Shown here one piece after another: positions 27,247-32,000 of a stretch of DNA of 32,000 nucleotides. Origin of the DNA: an uncultured Erysipelotrichaceae bacterium (GTDB lineage: Bacteria > Bacillota_I > Bacilli_A > Erysipelotrichales > Erysipelotrichaceae). The stretch's first letter is position 1. Each line of letters begins with the position of its first letter. The notes under the pieces are model-generated. The model did not search any database, was not told the DNA's origin, and worked only from the letters and a program-made list of their open reading frames with translations. Made by a program: the position numbers and the translations under genes. Where the stretch lies: positions 690,001-722,000 of the forward strand of contig OW818668.1 of NCBI GenBank assembly GCA_942493105.1, written 5' to 3'.

Positions 27247-28329
27247 ATGGAAGCCTATGATGTCATGATCGAAAGATGCAAAACACTAAAATTAAGATAC
27301 CACGACTTGGAGCAGGAATTAATGTCTCCGGCACTTTTAGCCAATCAAAGAGAATATGCCAAAGTCGCAAAAGAACAAGCCACATTAAGACAGATCGTAG
27401 AAGCCTATGAAGATCTAGAGGGCTTGAACCAGCATATGCAAGAAGCATCAGAAATGATGAAAGAAGATGATGAAGAAATCAAAGCCATGGCTCAGGCTGA
27501 ATTAGAAGAATTAACACTTAAGCAAGAAGCACTGGTTTCACACCTTCATCTTTTATTGATCCCTAAAGATCCCAATGATGATCATAATGCGATCGTAGAA
27601 ATAAGAGGGGCTGCCGGAGGCGATGAAGGAAATATTTTCGCTGGAGATCTTTATCGTATGTATGTACGTTATTGCGAACTCAATGGTTTTAAGGTAGAAA
27701 CCTTAGAAGCCAGTGAAGCTGAAATGGGAGGTTATACCCTCATTTCATTTTTAGTCAAAGGCAATGAAGCCTATAAACATTTTAAGTTTGAATCAGGAGC
27801 ACATCGAGTTCAACGTGTCCCCAAGACCGAAACACAAGGCCGCATCCATACCTCAACTGCCACAGTTTTGGTGATGCCTGATATTGAAGAAGCAGAGTCC
27901 GATATCAATCCAGCCGATTTGACGATTGAAACTCATCGATCAAGTGGGGCTGGTGGTCAGCATGTTAATAAAACTGATTCAGCCGTACGCATCACGCATG
28001 TTCCAACAGGAATTTCAGTGAACTGTCAAGATGGCAGATCACAACACGACAATAAAGCCACAGCCATGCGTTTGATCAGAGCCAGAGTCTTTGAATACAT
28101 GGAAGAAAAATTCTTAGCTGAAAAAGGTAAACTTAGAATGGAAAAAGTTGGGACAGGCGATCGCTCTGAAAAGATCCGTACTTATAACTATCCACAAAAT
28201 AGAGTCACTGATCATAGAATCGGACTGACCCTTCAACAATTAGATCGTATCGTTGAAGGTAAATTGGATGATGTGATCAACGCACTGCTTGATGAAGAAC
28301 AACGTCAAAAGCTTGCGGGAAACGCATGA
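27247..28329 (+). CDS. prfA: Peptide chain release factor 1
   Basis: GGQ motif in SGAGGQHVNKT and a PxT-type tripeptide (PKT). RBS gaaggagg. Confidence 0.95.
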   Translation: MEAYDVMIERCKTLKLRYHDLEQELMSPALLANQREYAKVAKEQATLRQIVEAYEDLEGLNQHMQEASEMMKEDDEEIKAMAQAELEELTLKQEALVSHLHLLLIPKDPNDDHNAIVEIRGAAGGDEGNIFAGDLYRMYVRYCELNGFKVETLEASEAEMGGYTLISFLVKGNEAYKHFKFESGAHRVQRVPKTETQGRIHTSTATVLVMPDIEEAESDINPADLTIETHRSSGAGGQHVNKTDSAVRITHVPTGISVNCQDGRSQHDNKATAMRLIRARVFEYMEEKFLAEKGKLRMEKVGTGDRSEKIRTYNYPQNRVTDHRIGLTLQQLDRIVEGKLDDVINALLDEEQRQKLAGNA

Positions 28330-29171
28330 TTTCACAACTCTTACGTCAAGCTGAAAAACGACTTGAGGCATCAGATATCCCAGGCAGTTATGCCAAATAT
28401 GTGCTCAATGAACTGATGTTGTCTCAAAACAGAAACCTGTATCTAGAGATGGATCGTGAGTTGGATATCGAAACAAAGGCAACATTTGATCGAATGATGG
28501 ATCGATTGGTCAAAGATGAACCTTTGGCCTATGTGTTGGGCTACCAAGTCTTTTTGAATTACCAAATCGAAGTCAATCCTTCGGTACTGATACCGCGACC
28601 AGAAACAGAAGAATTGGTTATGCAAGTTCTGTTGGAACTTGACAATGATTATGCAGATCATCCTCAACCGACATTGGTTGATATCGGATGTGGAAGTGGA
28701 GCCATCGCCATTGCCTTGAAGAAGGAAATGCCTAAGTTACAAGTCATCGCATCAGATATCTCTGAAGTGGCTTTAATGCAGGCAAAGCATAACGCAAAGA
28801 AACTAGATGCAGACATCGAGTTCTTTCTTGGATCATTGGCAGAACCTTTGATTGAATCCAATCGTAAAGTGGACATCATTGTATGTAATCCACCTTATAT
28901 ACCTGAAAACGAAAGTGTTCAAAACAGTGTGATCAACTTTGAGCCGCATGTGGCTTTGTTTGGTGGGAATGATGGATTAAAGTTCTATCGTGAAGTTTTG
29001 ATTCAAGCTCCACATATTCTAAATCATCCTGGCATTATTGCCTTTGAGATCGGTTGGAATCAGAAAGAAGCATTGACATCTTTAGCGAAAACGCTCCTAG
29101 AGAATCCTTTAGTGACCTGTTATCAGGATATTCAGGGCAAAGATAGAATATTGATCATCAAAATAAAGTAA
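28326..29171 (+). CDS. prmC: Release-factor glutamine N5-methyltransferase
   Basis: SAM site DIGCGSGAIA and catalytic NPPY. ATGA overlap with prfA. Confidence 0.9.
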   Translation: MISQLLRQAEKRLEASDIPGSYAKYVLNELMLSQNRNLYLEMDRELDIETKATFDRMMDRLVKDEPLAYVLGYQVFLNYQIEVNPSVLIPRPETEELVMQVLLELDNDYADHPQPTLVDIGCGSGAIAIALKKEMPKLQVIASDISEVALMQAKHNAKKLDADIEFFLGSLAEPLIESNRKVDIIVCNPPYIPENESVQNSVINFEPHVALFGGNDGLKFYREVLIQAPHILNHPGIIAFEIGWNQKEALTSLAKTLLENPLVTCYQDIQGKDRILIIKIK

Positions 29172-29194
29172 ACTTAGTTCAGGAAGGTAACCGT

Positions 29195-29530
29195 ATGAAC
29201 AAGATCGTATTTTTATGGAAGAGTGATAATCCGATTGATGTCAGAGACATGATCATTCCGTATATTACCAACAGTATCAAAAAGAAATGGTGGGATGAAG
29301 TTGAAGTCATCATATGGGGTGCTTCTCAACAATTCGTTGCGGATAATGAAGATGTACAACTCGATATTGCGGGTTTATTGGTGGATGGCGCAAAGGTTTA
29401 TGCCTGCAGATCTTGTGCAGACAGCTTATGCTTGATCGACAAGTTGACCGAACTTGGAATCGATGTTCAAGCTACCGGTAAAATGCTGACAGATCGCCTA
29501 CAAAGCGACGTTAAAGTATTGGTACTTTAG
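29195..29530 (+). CDS. DsrE/DsrF-like small protein (tentative)
   Basis: 111 aa. The pattern VEVIIWGAS…GAKVYACRSCADSL…LGIDV resembles DsrE-family proteins. RBS aggaaggt. Confidence 0.5.
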   Translation: MNKIVFLWKSDNPIDVRDMIIPYITNSIKKKWWDEVEVIIWGASQQFVADNEDVQLDIAGLLVDGAKVYACRSCADSLCLIDKLTELGIDVQATGKMLTDRLQSDVKVLVL

Positions 29531-29544
29531 CGATATAACTATCC

Positions 29545-29573
29545 AAGACTGATGATTTGATCAGTCTTTTTTT
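29545..29573 (+). terminator. rho-independent terminator
   Basis: aagactgat-gatttg-atcagtctt followed by TTTTT. Confidence 0.8.
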
Positions 29574-29648
29574 ATGCTCATACAGGTTAAAATGTGAGTG
29601 TTCATTTGATGAAATCCTTAGCTAAGTCTTTATCGATAAGGTCATCTG

Positions 29649-29657
29649 TGATAGAAT
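29649..29657 (+). promoter_or_regulatory. Extended -10 element (TGaTAGAAT) for the tsaC-rpiB/glyA operon
   Basis: TG-a-TAGAAT ends 22 nt upstream of ATG 29680. This argues against the TTG 29659 start in the ORF track. Confidence 0.45.
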
Positions 29658-29679
29658 ATTGAAGATAACAGGAGCTTGT

Positions 29680-30744
29680 ATGGAAACACGGATTCTGAGC
29701 CAAAACCAGTTGAATGAAGTGGTCCACGATCTTAAATGTGACGGTGTGGTAGCTTTCCCAACCGATACTGTGTTTGGTTTAGCCGTACGCATTCATTCTA
29801 AACAAGCCATTCTTAAATTAACTCAAGCTAAAAACAGACCTCAAGATAAGCCGTATCCACTTTTAGTATCTTCGATTCAGCAAATCGAAATGTTTGCCCA
29901 ACTTACTCACCGGGACCGTCAACTCATTCACCAATGGATGCCGGGATCGGTGACTTTTGTATTTAGAAAAAATCCTAAACTCAATGAAGGTTATTTCGCA
30001 GACAGCTCAACGATCGCATTCAGGATGCCAACTGATCCTTGGATCAAAACATTACTGGATGAAATTCAAGAACCTTTATTGTTGACCAGTGCCAACATCT
30101 CTGGTGAACCAGCTGCCATTAGTTCAGATGAAGTCTTGGCAAACTTAGCTGGAAGAATTGAAAGCGTGGTCAGTGGAACAGCCGGTTGCGGTATTCCTTC
30201 AACCATCATCGACGCATCACGATTTGATCTGCAAGTGATCAGAAAAGGAACCATAGATATGAAAGACATAGAAGCAAAATCAAAAACAGTTGCCTTAGCG
30301 TGTGACCATGGAGCTTATCCGCATAAAGAAGCCATTAAAGCTCGATTGACAGAATTAGGATATAAGGTTGAAGATTTTGGGACCTTTGATAACGCAAGTG
30401 TTGATTATCCAGACACGGTTTATCCAGCCGCAAAATCTGTCAGTGAAGGTAAAAACACATGGGGCATCGTTATGTGCGGCACAGGAATTGGTGCCAGTAT
30501 TACTGCCAATAAGGTTCAAGGCATACGCTGTGCTTTGGTGTTTGATAAAGAAACAGCGCATATTACCCGCGAACACAATGATTCCAATGTCTTGGCGATG
30601 GGCGGTCGTTTGGTTGATGTGAAAACAGCGGTTGAAATTGCTGAAATTTGGCTTAATAGTCCTTTCTCCAATGATGAACGTCATATACGACGTATCTCAA
30701 AATTAACAGATATTGAAGACAAGGAGAAAACGCATGAAGGATAA
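29680..30744 (+). CDS. Fusion protein: threonylcarbamoyl-AMP synthase (YrdC/TsaC domain) plus ribose-5-phosphate isomerase B
   Basis: N-terminal half: [33 protein letters not shown]…VIRKG (YrdC domain). C-terminal half: [35 protein letters not shown] (RpiB/LacAB). One continuous frame. RBS aggag is 6 nt upstream of ATG 29680. Confidence 0.85.
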   Translation: METRILSQNQLNEVVHDLKCDGVVAFPTDTVFGLAVRIHSKQAILKLTQAKNRPQDKPYPLLVSSIQQIEMFAQLTHRDRQLIHQWMPGSVTFVFRKNPKLNEGYFADSSTIAFRMPTDPWIKTLLDEIQEPLLLTSANISGEPAAISSDEVLANLAGRIESVVSGTAGCGIPSTIIDASRFDLQVIRKGTIDMKDIEAKSKTVALACDHGAYPHKEAIKARLTELGYKVEDFGTFDNASVDYPDTVYPAAKSVSEGKNTWGIVMCGTGIGASITANKVQGIRCALVFDKETAHITREHNDSNVLAMGGRLVDVKTAVEIAEIWLNSPFSNDERHIRRISKLTDIEDKEKTHEG

Positions 30745-31957
30745 AGTGTTAGAAGGTTTTATTCAACAGGAATCCATACGTCAAAGTAACAACATTGAAC
30801 TCATCGCTTCTGAAAATTATGTCTCACAAGATGTATTGGAGGCTGTAGGTTCTGTTTTGACCAATAAGTATGCGGAAGGATATCCACATAAACGGTATTA
30901 TGGTGGTTGTGAAGCCGTTGATGAAGTTGAAGATCTTGCGCGCAGTAGAGCCCTTGAACTTTTTGGGGCTGAGCATGTCAATGTTCAACCTCATTCTGGA
31001 TCTCAAGCCAATATGGGCGTTTATTTTGCGGTACTTAAACCTGGGGATACGATTTTAGGGATGGATCTTAATGCGGGCGGACATTTAACTCATGGGCATC
31101 CTCTAAACTTTTCTGGGCTCTTGTATCATATCGTGCCATATGGAGTCGATCCGATCACCTGTCGCATCGATTATGATAAACTCCGTGACATTGCGTTAGA
31201 GTGTAAACCAAAACTGATCGTTGCAGGAGCTAGTGCTTATCCTTTTATTCTTGATTTTCCTCGCTTTAGAGCGATCGCTGATGAAGTCAATGCTTTATTG
31301 ATGGTCGATATGGCTCATATCGCAGGTTTGGTTGCTTCTGGTGTTCATCCATCTCCTATTCCTTATGCGGATTTTGTCACAACGACAACTCACAAAACTT
31401 TAAGAGGACCCCGTGGTGGCATGATCCTATGTAAGAAAGAATATGCTGAAATCTTGGATCGCAGAATCTTTCCTGGTATACAAGGTGGACCTTTGATGCA
31501 TGTGATCGCGGGTAAAGCAGCCTGCTTTTATGAAGCACTTCAACCTTCGTTTAAAACATATTCTCAACAAGTTCTAAAAAACATGCAAGTTTTGGTTAAT
31601 ACTTTGATGGAAAACGGCTATAATATCGTAGGCAATGGCTCAGAAAATCATCTGTGTTTGGTCAATGTCAAAAGTTCAGTCAATTTGACTGGTAAAGTTG
31701 CTGAAAAGATTCTAGATCAAGTTGGGATCACATGTAATAAAAATACAGTTCCCTTTGATACCGAGAAACCATTCACCACGTCTGGAATTCGTTTAGGCTC
31801 AGCAGCGATGACCACCAGAGGTTTTGGCGAAGTTGAATTTAAACAAGTTGGTTTATGGATCGCGGAAGCCTTAAAGAATCATGAGAATGAAGCTGTATTA
31901 AGTCGTATAAGATCGGAAGTCAGCGCTTTGACACAGCGCTTTCCCATAAACTTTTAA
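30734..31957 (+). CDS. glyA: Serine hydroxymethyltransferase
   Basis: ELIASENY, and the PLP lysine in [15 protein letters not shown] prefer ATG 30734 because aaggag lies 7 nt upstream. This start overlaps the upstream gene by 11 nt. Confidence 0.95.
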   Translation: MKDKVLEGFIQQESIRQSNNIELIASENYVSQDVLEAVGSVLTNKYAEGYPHKRYYGGCEAVDEVEDLARSRALELFGAEHVNVQPHSGSQANMGVYFAVLKPGDTILGMDLNAGGHLTHGHPLNFSGLLYHIVPYGVDPITCRIDYDKLRDIALECKPKLIVAGASAYPFILDFPRFRAIADEVNALLMVDMAHIAGLVASGVHPSPIPYADFVTTTTHKTLRGPRGGMILCKKEYAEILDRRIFPGIQGGPLMHVIAGKAACFYEALQPSFKTYSQQVLKNMQVLVNTLMENGYNIVGNGSENHLCLVNVKSSVNLTGKVAEKILDQVGITCNKNTVPFDTEKPFTTSGIRLGSAAMTTRGFGEVEFKQVGLWIAEALKNHENEAVLSRIRSEVSALTQRFPINF

Positions 31958-31969
31958 AGGAGAACCAAA

Positions 31970-32000
31970 ATGCTGAAAGTACTAAATCATCCCTTGATTA
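31970..32000 (+). CDS. upp: 5' end of uracil phosphoribosyltransferase (runs off right edge)
   Basis: RBS aaaggag, then MLKVLNHPLI, which resembles the Upp N-terminus (…V..HPLI.HK). glyA-upp order as in Bacillus. Confidence 0.55.
   Translation, partial: MLKVLNHPLI

Overview
The window looks like core chromosome of a low-GC Bacillota-type bacterium that uses the standard genetic code (TGA is a stop; murA and the MEP-pathway gene ispF are present). About 35 genes are tightly packed and mostly housekeeping. From left to right: an arsenic operon on the minus strand (arsR, acr3, arsC and a Cys-rich DUF2703-like gene), rarA, dtd, folD, a DUF951 gene, ychF and darA. Next comes an AT-rich accessory insertion at about 6857-9413 with a two-gene module (a small membrane-anchored protein and a secreted S1E streptogrisin/alpha-lytic-type protease). 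It is followed by an orphan 466-aa membrane protein, a convergent GNAT/EEP pair, ispF-HD hydrolase-Xaa-Pro aminopeptidase, and an ABC-2 transporter with a repeat-containing lipoprotein. The rest is a block whose order resembles, from memory, the Bacillus ywiB-argS-rpoE-pyrG ... murA-rpmE-tdk-prfA-prmC-tsaC-rpiB-glyA-upp region. I saw no rRNA, tRNA, CRISPR array, transposase or integrase. I could not find a clear multi-gene novel system. The best candidate is the AT-rich, GATC-poor island with the protease module and its 630-bp non-coding leader. Other items worth a second look are an in-frame TsaC-RpiB fusion, a possible SecB-like protein overlapping a polytopic membrane gene, a pyrG leader that fits the GGGC reiterative-transcription attenuator, an ArsR with two candidate As(III) sites, and roughly 4-fold GATC over-representation in the native DNA. 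All functional calls come from motif recognition by eye and remembered family knowledge. No database search was run.
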